From NCBI GenBank assembly GCA_047974135.1, contig JBKECC010000082.1, positions 1,391-65,390 of the forward strand: a DNA stretch of 64,000 nucleotides, written 5' to 3'. Every line of letters starts with the position of its first letter. The stretch's first letter is position 1. Made by a program: the position numbers and the translations under genes. Below, piece after piece: positions 40,977 through 51,086 of the stretch. Below the pieces are notes generated by a model. It had not been told where the DNA came from. It searched no databases and saw only the letters and a list, made by a program, of their open reading frames with translations. The stretch comes from Campylobacteraceae bacterium (GTDB lineage: Bacteria > Campylobacterota > Campylobacteria > Campylobacterales > Campylobacteraceae).

Positions 40977-41744
40977 TTGCTCTATCTTGTTGAGAGTTTT
41001 TTAAGTATCCAAGGTGAAGGAAAATACGCTGGAACGCCTTCTGTGTTTTTCAGATTTGGTGGATGCAACTTTACATGTAAGGGTTTTGATACTGAGTTTG
41101 AAACAAAAGATGGTGAAAAATTAGCTGGTTGCGACTCGTTTTTTGCAGTTGATGTAAAAAACTTTAAAGACAGTTGGGATGCGTATGAAAATTCTCAAAA
41201 ACTTTTTGAAAAGTTGCTTTTTTTTACCAAAGATTTAAATTATCTGCCTGATTTGGTTATAACCGGTGGTGAACCTTTGTTGCACCACACTAACGAAGTT
41301 TTTTTTGGTTTTGTAAAAAAAGCGCTAAAGCATGGTTTTAGAGTTTGTGTTGAGACAAATGCAAGCATAGTTATGGATTTTGAAAAATATGAGATATATA
41401 AAAATCTTATATTTGCCATGAGTGTTAAACTCTCAAATTCTGGCGAGAAAAAAGAAAAAAGAGTAAACTTAAAAGCCATAGAAACCATTTGCAAAAATGC
41501 CAAAGAGGCTTTTTTCAAGTTTGTTGTTAGGAAAAAAATGATAGAAAAAGGACAGGCAAAAGAGGAAATTAGCGAGATAACTTCTTCTTTTAAAAATGTG
41601 CAAGTTTACTGTATGGCACTTGGAAAAGACAGGTTTGAGCTTTTGGAAAATGATAAGAGTGTGATAGATTTTTGCATACAAAATGGTTATATCTACACAG
41701 ATAGAGTTCACATAAGAGTTTGGGATAATAAAAAAGGTGTTTAA
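40977..41744 (+). CDS. queE: 7-carboxy-7-deazaguanine synthase
   Basis: ESFLSIQGEG...FRFGGCNFTCKG radical-SAM N-terminus. TTG start. Confidence 0.75.
   Translation: MLYLVESFLSIQGEGKYAGTPSVFFRFGGCNFTCKGFDTEFETKDGEKLAGCDSFFAVDVKNFKDSWDAYENSQKLFEKLLFFTKDLNYLPDLVITGGEPLLHHTNEVFFGFVKKALKHGFRVCVETNASIVMDFEKYEIYKNLIFAMSVKLSNSGEKKEKRVNLKAIETICKNAKEAFFKFVVRKKMIEKGQAKEEISEITSSFKNVQVYCMALGKDRFELLENDKSVIDFCIQNGYIYTDRVHIRVWDNKKGV
41070..41081. repeat. palindrome copy TTTACATGTAAg (11/12)
   Basis: Inside queE within the radical-SAM cysteine motif, read as FTCK. Confidence 0.9.
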
Positions 41745-42326
41745 ATGATAATTAGAAAAATGTTTAAATTTGAAAACGCTCATATCGTGCGAAATTGCTC
41801 TACAAAAAGATGTAGAACAAGCATACATGGGCATTCATATAAAGTTGAGCTTCTTTTTACTTCCAAAAGTTTTGATAATGCTGGGATGATTTACGATTTT
41901 GGACTGATGAAAAGTGGCATTAAAGATTTAATTGAGATTTTTGACCACTCCATAACTCTTTGGAGCAGGGATGATAAGGGCTATATTGAAGCTATGAAAA
42001 AATACTCTGCAAGATGGGTTGAGCTTCCAGTAAGTCCAACTGCTGAGCAGTTTGCAAGAGTGATTTTCATCATGGTAGATTTGCTTTTAAAAAATACAAC
42101 ATTTGTAAATGGCGAAGGAGAGATAGAACTTGATAGCGTGATAGTTCATGAAACCGACACAGGATACGCAAAAGCAAACAGAGATGATGCTTTTAGTGAA
42201 GTCTTTGGGCACATAAATCCAAACGATATAAAGATTTCAGAAGCAATTTGTGAAGATTTTGAAAATCCAAATTTGTGGAATGACATTTTGGGTGGCAAAA
42301 AATTTATAAATAAAAAAACAGTTTAG
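41745..42326 (+). CDS. queD: 6-carboxy-5,6,7,8-tetrahydropterin synthase
   Basis: PTPS-family Zn-site CxxxHxH-like motif (NCSTKRCRTSIHGHSYKVEL). Confidence 0.7.
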   Translation: MIIRKMFKFENAHIVRNCSTKRCRTSIHGHSYKVELLFTSKSFDNAGMIYDFGLMKSGIKDLIEIFDHSITLWSRDDKGYIEAMKKYSARWVELPVSPTAEQFARVIFIMVDLLLKNTTFVNGEGEIELDSVIVHETDTGYAKANRDDAFSEVFGHINPNDIKISEAICEDFENPNLWNDILGGKKFINKKTV

Positions 42327-42338
42327 AGGAAAACAAAA

Positions 42339-43118
42339 GTGAAAAAAGTTTTAGTATTAATAGCCTTGGGATTTTTTATAACTGGCTGTGGAGATAGCAA
42401 TAAAAAAAGTGATACACAGTTAAATGAAAGCATTGCATCAAGCATTGAGACAATAAATAAAAACATTGATACAACAACAGAGGTTTTAAACAATGCAACA
42501 TCAAAAATCATAGAAAAAAGTGGTGAATTGGCAAAAGATGTCGCAGGAAAATCAAGTGAAATTTTAGATGATGTAAAAACTCATAGTAACGAAATATTAG
42601 AAAAAGCAAAAGTAGCTGGAAGTGAAGTTTTAAATAGCACAAAAGATGTGGCAAGTGAGGCTTTAAACAAAACAAGCCAAGCAGTAAGCACAGTGACAGA
42701 AAAAACACAAGAGGTAGGCCAGAAAGTTTTAGATAAATCAAGTGAAGCTGTAAATTCTACAAAAGAGAGTGCAAACAAAACTTATCACGAAGCAGTAAAA
42801 CCAAAGGTTGAAGAGGCTACAAAAAAAGCCGAAGAAGTTTTAAATGTTTTAACAACCACAAGTGCAGATATAGAAGCTGGCAAAAAAGTTTATGCAAAAT
42901 GTCAAGCCTGTCATGGGAAAAATGCCGATATAGAAGTGTTTAAAAAGAGCCAAAATATCTCAAAATGGAGCAAAGACAACATTGTTGAAGCCATGAAGGG
43001 ATATAAAGCAGGAACTTACGGCGGAACCATGAAAAATACGATGACTTCGCTTGTGAAAAATATGAGTGAAGAAGAGTTTGTGAATGTTGCAGATTATATA
43101 GTAAGTTTAAATAAATAA
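42339..43118 (+). CDS. lipoprotein-anchored monoheme c-type cytochrome with long repetitive helical linker
   Basis: Lipobox ITGC, about 150 aa of apolipoprotein-like repeats, C-terminal CQACH heme site. Confidence 0.65.
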   Translation: MKKVLVLIALGFFITGCGDSNKKSDTQLNESIASSIETINKNIDTTTEVLNNATSKIIEKSGELAKDVAGKSSEILDDVKTHSNEILEKAKVAGSEVLNSTKDVASEALNKTSQAVSTVTEKTQEVGQKVLDKSSEAVNSTKESANKTYHEAVKPKVEEATKKAEEVLNVLTTTSADIEAGKKVYAKCQACHGKNADIEVFKKSQNISKWSKDNIVEAMKGYKAGTYGGTMKNTMTSLVKNMSEEEFVNVADYIVSLNK

Positions 43119-43519
43119 TGCAAGAAACATACATCTTAACAAGCAACATAATCTCATACTCGTCTATGATTTTTATCGTTTGCGCACTTTTTGGTGTTGC
43201 AATTTTTCTTTTTACAAGTGATATGGTACAACTAAAGAAAAGATACAAGCTTTTAATGCCAATGTATTATATGTTTTTCTCAATCATCTGCTTTTGTGGA
43301 TTTATACTTTTAACGTTTAAGCATTTCACGTTTTCACTAACAAATTTTGTTATGCTCATCGTTTGGCTTATTATCCTTGCAACAAGTATAAAGTCTTATA
43401 AACTCTACAAAAACAGCACTTTATCTTTAAAATTTCAACAATTTACTCTTATAAAATATGTTAGTGATATATTGCTTGTTTTCTTAGTCTTTACATGTAT
43501 AAAATATCTTGGACTCTAA
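43118..43519 (+). CDS. small hypothetical membrane protein
   Basis: Four predicted TM segments, no known motif. Confidence 0.35.
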   Translation: MQETYILTSNIISYSSMIFIVCALFGVAIFLFTSDMVQLKKRYKLLMPMYYMFFSIICFCGFILLTFKHFTFSLTNFVMLIVWLIILATSIKSYKLYKNSTLSLKFQQFTLIKYVSDILLVFLVFTCIKYLGL

Positions 43520-44195
43520 AATGCAATTTACGTATCACGAAGATGCAAAAAATAGCACTTTAAAGATTGAGGGACAAAGTTTTGTTCATCTTTTTAAATC
43601 AAGAAGAGCAAACACTGAGGAACTTTTAAACTTTAGAAATTTAAAAGATAACAATCTTTATCGTTACAAAATTTTAGAGATAAACAAAAAAGATGCTTTT
43701 TGTGAACTCATTGAAACTCTGCAAGATGAGAAAAAAACACAAAAACCTTTCACTCTTGCTTGGAGTGTGATTGACCCAAAAACCATAGAAAAAACCCTTC
43801 CATTTTTAAATGAGATAGGAGTTGAAAAGATAATTTTTGTCTATACAAGATTTTCACAACATAACTTCAAAATTGACATTGAAAAATTAAAAAGAGTTTT
43901 AATAAACTCTTGTGAGCAATGCGGAAGAGCCGATTTGATGGAGTTTGAAGTTATAAAATCGCTAAATGAATTTATGAAAAAATATGATGATTTTGGAGTT
44001 ATAGACTTTTCATCAAATCGCATGGAAGAGTTTACATGTAAACTTCCAAACACTTGGCTTGTTGGCTGCGAAGGTGGATTTAGCAAAGAAGAAAAAGAGT
44101 TGCTAAGTCAAAAAATAACTATAGGATTTGAAACTTCAAATATTTTAAGAAGTGAAAGTGCTGCTGTTGCCATATCTTCAAAAATAATTCTTTAA
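43509..44195 (+). CDS. rsmE: 16S rRNA (uracil1498-N3)-methyltransferase
   Basis: C-terminal GCEGGFSKEE motif typical of RsmE. TTG start. Confidence 0.65.
   Translation: MDSKMQFTYHEDAKNSTLKIEGQSFVHLFKSRRANTEELLNFRNLKDNNLYRYKILEINKKDAFCELIETLQDEKKTQKPFTLAWSVIDPKTIEKTLPFLNEIGVEKIIFVYTRFSQHNFKIDIEKLKRVLINSCEQCGRADLMEFEVIKSLNEFMKKYDDFGVIDFSSNRMEEFTCKLPNTWLVGCEGGFSKEEKELLSQKITIGFETSNILRSESAAVAISSKIIL
44031..44042. repeat. palindrome TTTACATGTAAA (12/12)
   Basis: Inside rsmE, read as FTCK. Confidence 0.9.
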
Positions 44196-44219
44196 CATCT
44201 TGAATTCTCATCAACTTTT

Positions 44220-44228
44220 TGTTATAAT
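44220..44228 (+). promoter_or_regulatory. extended -10 (TGtTATAAT) upstream of rpmE
   Basis: TG-n-TATAAT about 80 bp upstream of the rpmE ATG. Confidence 0.35.
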
Positions 44229-44305
44229 CACAGCCCTTCTTATGACTATACTTAAATAAAACTATATTCAGAAGGTTAAATCATTTTAAATCTCAAGGAA
44301 AAATT

Positions 44306-44506
44306 ATGAAAAAAGATATACATCCAGAATACGTAGAGTGTACTGTAACTTGTGCTTGTGGCAATAGTTTTACAACTATGTCAAACAAAAAAGCAATGAG
44401 AATCGACATCTGCAGTTCTTGCCATCCATTTTTTACAGGAAGCGAGAAGATAGTTGACTCTGCTGGTCGTGTTGAAAAATTTAAGAAAAAATACAACATG
44501 AAATAA
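44306..44506 (+). CDS. rpmE: 50S ribosomal protein L31
   Basis: 66 aa with CxxC...CxxCH Zn-ribbon. Confidence 0.9.
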   Translation: MKKDIHPEYVECTVTCACGNSFTTMSNKKAMRIDICSSCHPFFTGSEKIVDSAGRVEKFKKKYNMK

Positions 44507-44518
44507 AAAAGTAAAGAT

Positions 44519-45337
44519 TTGCTTTACTTTGTTCCTACCCCGATAGGAAATCTTGAAGATATTTCGGTAAGGGCTTTAAGGCTCCTTACCACAACTCCTA
44601 TTATTTACTGCGAAGATACAAGAGTAACAAAAAAACTTATAACACTTTTAAAAGAAAAACACAACTTAACTTTTACATGTAACCAAACTTTTATATCTCT
44701 TCATTCACACAATGAAGAAGAGACAGTAAAAAAGTTAAATGTGGAAGATTTTTTACAAAACGATGTTTTGTATGTAAGTGATGCTGGAATGCCAGGCATT
44801 AGTGATCCTGGTATTTTACTGGTAGAATTTGCACAAAAAAATGGCATAAAATATGAAGTTCTCCCAGGTGCAAACGCTGCTCTTGTTGGACTTGTCTCGA
44901 GCGGTTTTAGTGGAAACAGATTTTATTTTTATGGATTTTTACCGCACAAAAACGAAGCAAGAAAGAGTGAATTAACGCAGATTTTATCTTTTACATGTAA
45001 TGTTATTTTATATGAATCAACTCACAGAATTTTAAAACTCACCGAAGAATTTTCTCTTCTTGCCCCAAATAGAGAAATTTTTATCATTAAAGAAGCTACA
45101 AAAAAGTACGAAACTCATTTTTTAGGAACTGCAAAAGAGGTTCATGAAAAAATGAAAAATTCAAATACAAATGGCGAATTTGTAGTAATTTTAAAAGGTT
45201 TAGAGCAGCCAAAGGGCGAAGCACTTACAAAAGAAGATATTTTATCTTTAAATATACCAAACAAACAAAAAGCAAAACTTTTATCAAAAATGTCTGGAAT
45301 CTCCACAAAAGAGTGGTACGAAAAGCTAAATAACTAA
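44519..45337 (+). CDS. rsmI: 16S rRNA (cytidine1402-2'-O)-methyltransferase
   Basis: LYFVPTPIGNLEDIS N-terminus. TTG start. Confidence 0.8.
   Translation: MLYFVPTPIGNLEDISVRALRLLTTTPIIYCEDTRVTKKLITLLKEKHNLTFTCNQTFISLHSHNEEETVKKLNVEDFLQNDVLYVSDAGMPGISDPGILLVEFAQKNGIKYEVLPGANAALVGLVSSGFSGNRFYFYGFLPHKNEARKSELTQILSFTCNVILYESTHRILKLTEEFSLLAPNREIFIIKEATKKYETHFLGTAKEVHEKMKNSNTNGEFVVILKGLEQPKGEALTKEDILSLNIPNKQKAKLLSKMSGISTKEWYEKLNN
44672..44683. repeat. palindrome copy TTTACATGTAAc (11/12)
   Basis: Inside rsmI, read as FTCN. Confidence 0.9.
44990..45001. repeat. palindrome copy TTTACATGTAAt (11/12)
   Basis: Inside rsmI, read as FTCN. Confidence 0.9.
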
Positions 45338-45363
45338 GGCGTTTGGATTAAGTTTAAGCCATT

Positions 45364-46065
45364 TTGGATAAAATAGCCCCCATGATTATTTACGGAAAAC
45401 AACTATTTTTACATCTGTTAAACCGCTATCCAAAGAGGATTTTGAACGTTTTTTTGGCAAAAGAGTGTGATAAAAAACTTTTTTCACAAATCGCAAGATT
45501 AAATGTTCCTATTGAAAGATTAGATAGCAAAAAAGCTCAAGCTTTAGCTCGTGGTGGAAATCATCAAGGATTTTTGGCCCAGATTGAACCAGTGGAATTT
45601 GCAAGCTTTGATGTGCTCAAAAAAGAGAAATTTTTAGTAATGCTTGTTGGTGTTACAGATGTTGGAAACATAGGAGCTATAGTTCGCTCAATCTACGCTT
45701 TTGGTGTTGATGGACTTATCATCTCTGGTGTTAAACAGATTAACATGGAAGGTATTTTGCGAACAAGCAGTGCAGCGGCGTTTGAACTTCCAATTTGTTT
45801 GATGCAAAATGAGTTAGATACTTTAAATGAGTTAAAACAAGTTGGTTTTGAACTAGTAGCAGCAGATATGAGTGGTGAAAACGTAAAAGATGCAAGTTTT
45901 AAAGATAAAAAAGTTTTAATAATGGGTAGTGAGGGCGATGGGCTTAACAAAAAAGTTCTAAACAAATGTGACAAAAAGGTTAGTATCCGCATGAAAAGAG
46001 TATTTGATTCTTTGAATGTTAGTGTTGCAACAGCTATTTTATGCGATAGGATGAGCAATGGATGA
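45364..46065 (+). CDS. TrmH/SpoU-family RNA 2'-O-methyltransferase
   Basis: SPOUT motifs (GNIGAIVRS, LIMGSEGDGL). Confidence 0.7.
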   Translation: MDKIAPMIIYGKQLFLHLLNRYPKRILNVFLAKECDKKLFSQIARLNVPIERLDSKKAQALARGGNHQGFLAQIEPVEFASFDVLKKEKFLVMLVGVTDVGNIGAIVRSIYAFGVDGLIISGVKQINMEGILRTSSAAAFELPICLMQNELDTLNELKQVGFELVAADMSGENVKDASFKDKKVLIMGSEGDGLNKKVLNKCDKKVSIRMKRVFDSLNVSVATAILCDRMSNG

Positions 46066-46915
46066 TATAAAGGTTTTAGAAGAGATAGGCTTACGTGAGG
46101 TTTCAAGAAAAACATACATTGAGACTAAATATCTAAAGTACATGGTTGAGAAAGATTTTGCAAAACTAAACCGTGCAAATGCTATAGGTTTTGCTAGAGT
46201 CATAAAAAGAGAGTATGGGCTAAATCTTGACAGTTGGATAGCCGAGTTTGAAGCTTTTTACAAAGAGAGTAATCCAGCAAAAGATGAAGAACAAATCTTC
46301 ATAGATACAAGACCAAAACTACTGCAAAATAAAATATTTATAGTAGTCATCATAGTTTTTTTAATACTTCTTTGCGGATTTTTGTACTCATTTTTTACAA
46401 ATAAGCAAAATAATATAACAAATCTAAATACAAACATAAGTCAAGAAGTTATAGTTTCACCTATAGTTGAACAAGCAAGAGAGAATATAACAAATCTATC
46501 AAATACAGAAGTGATAAATGAAAACGCTTCTACTTTGAGTGCTATAAACCAAGAGATGGCTAATGAGCCTCAAAATATGACTAGATTTGAAAACGAAGTA
46601 GCACAGGTTGAAAACAAACCAAGCTTTGCTTATAGTGAGGCTATATTGAAGCCAAATGCGAAACTTTGGGTAGGAATTATAGATTTATCAGATTTTAAAA
46701 GAAAAGTTTATACACAAAGTGAAGAGATAAAGATAGATTTAACAAAGGAACAAATCATTGTTACAGGACATGGAAACTTTGAGCTTCAAAATACAAATTC
46801 AAACGACTTATCACTTAAAGGGCAATCTTCTGTTTTCTTATATGTAAAAGATAATACTATAAAACAGATAACAAGAGATGAGTTTAGAGCACTAAACAAG
46901 GGTAAATCTTGGTAA
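46058..46915 (+). CDS. HTH plus single-TM protein, RodZ-like (tentative)
   Basis: N-terminal HTH-like 70 aa, one TM helix, Asn/Thr-rich periplasmic part. Confidence 0.4.
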   Translation: MDDIKVLEEIGLREVSRKTYIETKYLKYMVEKDFAKLNRANAIGFARVIKREYGLNLDSWIAEFEAFYKESNPAKDEEQIFIDTRPKLLQNKIFIVVIIVFLILLCGFLYSFFTNKQNNITNLNTNISQEVIVSPIVEQARENITNLSNTEVINENASTLSAINQEMANEPQNMTRFENEVAQVENKPSFAYSEAILKPNAKLWVGIIDLSDFKRKVYTQSEEIKIDLTKEQIIVTGHGNFELQNTNSNDLSLKGQSSVFLYVKDNTIKQITRDEFRALNKGKSW

Positions 46916-47715
46916 AAAAAATTATTTTAATATTTGCTCTTTGTTTTGTCGCTAATGCCGACTTACTCGAAGATAAAATTAAAAATTTTATTGGTGAAAC
47001 AAAGTATAATGAGTCAAAAAACTTAATATCATATCTATTTTCATCAACACAAAAATATTACAAAAATGATGATATTAATTCCATAGCAGTTTTAGAAACT
47101 TTGAAAGATGGTGGATTGATTGAACTTTTTTCTAAAGATCCTCAAGATATTGAACTTATCTTTACTACAAAATACCATCCAGTGATTTTCATGAGAGTTA
47201 TATCGGAATCTTTAAACTCCATGGGTTATACTTATGTTTTAACCAAAAAAATTTCAAAATCAACAGAGGGTTTTATGTGGCATGTGGTAGTTGCAAGTAA
47301 AAATATCCCAAGTCCAATACTTTTAAATACCTTTTTAAACTCAAAAGGTTGTGAGATTGAAAATGTTGAAAAAGATGGAAATATTTGGAGATATAGTATC
47401 AATTCGGAATTTGCAAAGATTGATTCGCTTGATATAAAAGTTGGTGAAAACGAACAGTTAAAAAAACCATTGGTCGCTTACATGGTGAGTGCGAAGGATG
47501 CTTCAAGTATAACCATAAGAAGCCATAATGCAGATTTTTGGTACCCAAGAGTTACATTTCTTGATGGAAATTTAAAGTTAATAGAAAAAGTTGATATGGA
47601 TGAGAGAAGATATGCAGTAAAACTGAGTATTCCAAAAAATAGCGTTTACATAAAAATAGAAGATAAATATACACTTGAAAATATAAAAAGAGGACTGAAC
47701 GTACTGCTAAATTAG
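46909..47715 (+). CDS. hypothetical periplasmic protein
   Basis: Signal peptide, no recognisable domain. Confidence 0.4.
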   Translation: MVKKIILIFALCFVANADLLEDKIKNFIGETKYNESKNLISYLFSSTQKYYKNDDINSIAVLETLKDGGLIELFSKDPQDIELIFTTKYHPVIFMRVISESLNSMGYTYVLTKKISKSTEGFMWHVVVASKNIPSPILLNTFLNSKGCEIENVEKDGNIWRYSINSEFAKIDSLDIKVGENEQLKKPLVAYMVSAKDASSITIRSHNADFWYPRVTFLDGNLKLIEKVDMDERRYAVKLSIPKNSVYIKIEDKYTLENIKRGLNVLLN

Positions 47716-47746
47716 TAGCACAAAAAGCCTCAAAAAAGGATAAAAG

Positions 47747-48958
47747 ATGTTTGATGAGATTCGTTTTAATACAATAGAGAGATTGCCAAATTATGTTTTT
47801 GCGGTAATTAGCGAATTAAAATTAAAAGCCAGACAAAATGGAGATGATGTTATAGATTTTTCTATGGGAAATCCAGATGGCAGAACACCACAACACATAA
47901 TAGATAAATTAATAGAATCAGCAAATAAGTCAAAAACCCATGGCTACTCAGCAAGTCAAGGTATTTATAAATTAAGACTAGCGATTTGTAACTTTTATAA
48001 AAGAAAATATGGCGTTACGTTAGACCCAAACACAGAAGCTGTTGCAACTCTTGGAAGCAAAGAGGGTTATGTGCACATGGTTCAAGCTATAACAAATCCA
48101 GGTGATGTTGCTATCGTGCCTGACCCTTGTTATCCTATACACTCTTATGCATTTATAATCGCAGGCGCAAACGTGCACAAAATGGATTTAGATTTTAATG
48201 AACAGTTCGAGCTTGACACTGAGCAATTTTTTAAAAAATTAAAAAAAGCGATTAGTGAGAGTTTTCCAAAACCAAAATATGTAGTTGTAAACTTTCCTCA
48301 CAATCCAACAACTGTAACTGTTGAAAAAAGTTTTTATAAAGATTTGGTAGATTTAGCTAAAAAAGAGAGATTTTATATCTTAAGTGATATTGCTTATGCT
48401 GAACTTACCTTTGATGGATACAAAACCCCTTCTATTTTAGAGATTGAAGGTGCAAAAGATGTTGCAGTTGAGAGTTATACGCTTTCAAAAACTTACAATA
48501 TGGCAGGCTGGAGAGTTGGTTTTGTGGTTGGCAATAAAAAAATAGTAGCAGCACTTAAAAAGATAAAATCTTGGTTTGATTATGGTATGTTTACACCAAT
48601 CCAAGTTGCTTCAACTATAGCACTTGATGGACCACAAGAGTGTGTTGATGAAATCATTGATGTTTATAAAAAAAGAAGAGATGTTTTAATAGAGAGTTTC
48701 GCTGCAGCTGGTTGGGAGTTAAACAAACCAAAGGCGTCAATGTTCGTTTGGGCAAAATTGCCAGAATGTGCAACTCATTTAGGAAGTTTAGAGTTTTCAA
48801 AACAACTCTTAACAGAAGCGAAAGTAGCAGTAAGCCCAGGTGTTGGTTTTGGCGAATATGGTGAAGGGTATGTAAGAATTGCTCTCATTGAAAATGAAAA
48901 CAGAATCCGTCAAGCAGCACGAAATATAAAAAAATATTTAAGTACATTAAAGAAGTAA
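47747..48958 (+). CDS. class I/II pyridoxal-phosphate aminotransferase (aspartate/alanine type)
   Basis: 403 aa with conserved PLP-lysine region YTLSKTYNMAGWRVGF. Confidence 0.8.
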   Translation: MFDEIRFNTIERLPNYVFAVISELKLKARQNGDDVIDFSMGNPDGRTPQHIIDKLIESANKSKTHGYSASQGIYKLRLAICNFYKRKYGVTLDPNTEAVATLGSKEGYVHMVQAITNPGDVAIVPDPCYPIHSYAFIIAGANVHKMDLDFNEQFELDTEQFFKKLKKAISESFPKPKYVVVNFPHNPTTVTVEKSFYKDLVDLAKKERFYILSDIAYAELTFDGYKTPSILEIEGAKDVAVESYTLSKTYNMAGWRVGFVVGNKKIVAALKKIKSWFDYGMFTPIQVASTIALDGPQECVDEIIDVYKKRRDVLIESFAAAGWELNKPKASMFVWAKLPECATHLGSLEFSKQLLTEAKVAVSPGVGFGEYGEGYVRIALIENENRIRQAARNIKKYLSTLKK

Positions 48959-48959
48959 G

Positions 48960-50237
48960 ATGATAAAAGTAGCAATTTTAGGGGTTGGCACAGTTGGCAG
49001 TAGTGTTGCAAATATCTTAGAAAAAAATGCCAAAATCATTGAAGCAAGAAGTGGAAAAAAAATCGTTCCTGTTATCGGCGTTGTAAAAAATTTAAACAAA
49101 CAAAGAGATGTAAAAATACCTCTAACTGACGATATGGACAGTGTTTTAGATAGAAACGATATAGATATTTATGTTGAACTTATGGGTGGAGTTGATGAAG
49201 CATATAGGGTTGTAAAAAAAGTTTTACAAAAAGGCAAAACAGTAGTTACTGCAAATAAAGCGCTTCTAGCTTATCACAGATATGACTTGCAAAAAGATGC
49301 TAACGCAAACGGTGCATCAATTGGTATAGAAGCAAGCGTTGCTGGCGGTATTCCTGTTATCAAAGCTTTGCGTGAAGGACTTAGTGCAAATCAAATCTTA
49401 GCGATTAAAGGCATTATTAACGGAACTTGTAACTATATCTTAACTAAGATGATGAATGAAAAAGTCTCATTTGCTGAAGTTTTAAAAGAGGCTCAAGAGT
49501 TAGGCTACGCAGAAGCCGATCCAACCTTTGATGTTGGCGGATTTGATGCTGCTCATAAACTTTTAATACTTGCAAGTATAGCTTATGGTATAGATGCTAA
49601 ACCAGAAGATATTTTGATTGAAGGTATTGAAAACATTGGAAGCGAAGATATATATTTTGCAAAAGATTTTGAGTATAACATCAAGCTTCTAGGAATTGCA
49701 AAAAAAGTTGGCAAAAAAGTAGAACTTCGTGTGCATCCAGCACTTGTTCCAACTGAAAAAATGATAGCAAAAGTTGATGGAGTTATGAACGCAGTAAGTG
49801 TTGTTGGTGACTGCGTTGGTGAAACTGTATATTATGGTGCAGGAGCTGGAGGAGACGCAACAGCAAGTGCCGTAATCGCTGATATTATTGACATAGTAAG
49901 AGAAGATAAAAACTCTCCAATGCTTGGTTACATGTACTCTCTAGATAAAGAAAAACTAACTCTTATGAGTCCAGATGATATAGAGACAAAATACTATTTT
50001 AGAGTAAAAGTAAAAGATGAGATTGGAGTTCTAGCAAAAATAGCTTCACTTTTAGAAAAATCAAATATTTCAATAGATAGCTTTTTGCAAAAACCAGAAA
50101 TAAAACAATCACTATTTACAACACTTCTTTTTGCAACACACAAATGCAAAGAAAAAGATGTAAAAAAAGCCCTAAAAGAGATAGAAACACAAGATTTTGT
50201 GGTTGAGAAACCAGTTATGATTAGGATTGAGGATTAA
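48960..50237 (+). CDS. hom: homoserine dehydrogenase
   Basis: NAD-binding GVGTVG and a C-terminal ACT domain. Confidence 0.85.
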   Translation: MIKVAILGVGTVGSSVANILEKNAKIIEARSGKKIVPVIGVVKNLNKQRDVKIPLTDDMDSVLDRNDIDIYVELMGGVDEAYRVVKKVLQKGKTVVTANKALLAYHRYDLQKDANANGASIGIEASVAGGIPVIKALREGLSANQILAIKGIINGTCNYILTKMMNEKVSFAEVLKEAQELGYAEADPTFDVGGFDAAHKLLILASIAYGIDAKPEDILIEGIENIGSEDIYFAKDFEYNIKLLGIAKKVGKKVELRVHPALVPTEKMIAKVDGVMNAVSVVGDCVGETVYYGAGAGGDATASAVIADIIDIVREDKNSPMLGYMYSLDKEKLTLMSPDDIETKYYFRVKVKDEIGVLAKIASLLEKSNISIDSFLQKPEIKQSLFTTLLFATHKCKEKDVKKALKEIETQDFVVEKPVMIRIED

Positions 50238-50240
50238 AGG

Positions 50241-50573
50241 GTGGATACAAATGCTTTTGGCAAAAAAGCAGAAAAAACCGCAATAAAATACTTAAAAAAA
50301 CAGGGATTAGAAGTTCTAAAAGAGAACTTTTATTCCCGTTTTGGTGAGATAGATATCATCGCAAAAGACAAAACAAAACTTCATTTCATAGAGGTAAAAT
50401 CTACACAAAATGATTACGATCCTCTATTTAGAATTACGCCTTCCAAATTAAATAAAATCATAAAAACGATAGAGTATTATTTCTTACAAAATAGCGAAAA
50501 TATGGACTATCAAATCGATGCAATAATAGTAAACAACGATAAAATAGAGTGGATAAAAAATATTGATTACTAA
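50241..50573 (+). CDS. YraN/UPF0102 family endonuclease-fold protein
   Basis: 110 aa with GEIDIIAKD...IEVKS motif. Confidence 0.65.
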   Translation: MDTNAFGKKAEKTAIKYLKKQGLEVLKENFYSRFGEIDIIAKDKTKLHFIEVKSTQNDYDPLFRITPSKLNKIIKTIEYYFLQNSENMDYQIDAIIVNNDKIEWIKNIDY

Positions 50574-50660
50574 AACTTATTAGTCTAAATTAATAGGTTT
50601 TATTTAAAGTTATCAGTGTATAATTTGTAGAAATTTAGAAAATTCTGAGGAGAAACTAAA

Positions 50661-50978
50661 ATGGGTAAATATATCGAATTGACAACTTCAAATTTTGAAA
50701 ATACGATAAAAGATGGTGTTGTTCTAGTTGATTTTTGGGCACCTTGGTGCGGACCTTGTAGAATGATAGCTCCAGTTATCGAAGAGCTAGCAAGCGAGTT
50801 TGAAGGAAAAGCAAAAATCTGCAAAGTAAATACAGACGAAGAGCAAGATATTGCTATAAAATATGGTATCCGCTCAATTCCAACAATCATGTTTTTTAAA
50901 GGTGGAGAGTTGGTTGACCAAATGGTTGGTGCTTCATCAAAACAGGTTTTAACAGATAAAATTAAATCTTTTCTTTAA
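50661..50978 (+). CDS. trxA: thioredoxin
   Basis: WAPWCGPCR active site. Confidence 0.9.
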   Translation: MGKYIELTTSNFENTIKDGVVLVDFWAPWCGPCRMIAPVIEELASEFEGKAKICKVNTDEEQDIAIKYGIRSIPTIMFFKGGELVDQMVGASSKQVLTDKIKSFL

Positions 50979-50985
50979 TATTTTA

Positions 50986-51005
50986 GGCGAGCCTAAAAAC
51001 TCGCC
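50986..51005 (+). terminator. GGCGAG-loop-CTCGCC stem-loop downstream of trxA
   Basis: 6-bp GC stem and 8-nt loop, 8 nt after the stop. The trailing T-run is poor. Confidence 0.35.
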
Positions 51006-51025
51006 CCTTCTCTAATAAAAAATTA

Positions 51026-51037
51026 TTTACATGTAAG
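51026..51037. repeat. palindrome copy TTTACATGTAAg (11/12)
   Basis: trxA-trxB intergenic, after the hairpin. First of a pair. Confidence 0.9.
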
Positions 51038-51051
51038 TATTAACTACAGTG

Positions 51052-51063
51052 TTTACATGTAAA
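51052..51063. repeat. palindrome TTTACATGTAAA (12/12)
   Basis: trxA-trxB intergenic, 14 bp after the previous copy. Confidence 0.9.
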
Positions 51064-51086
51064 TAATTTAAATAACAGGATAAAAA

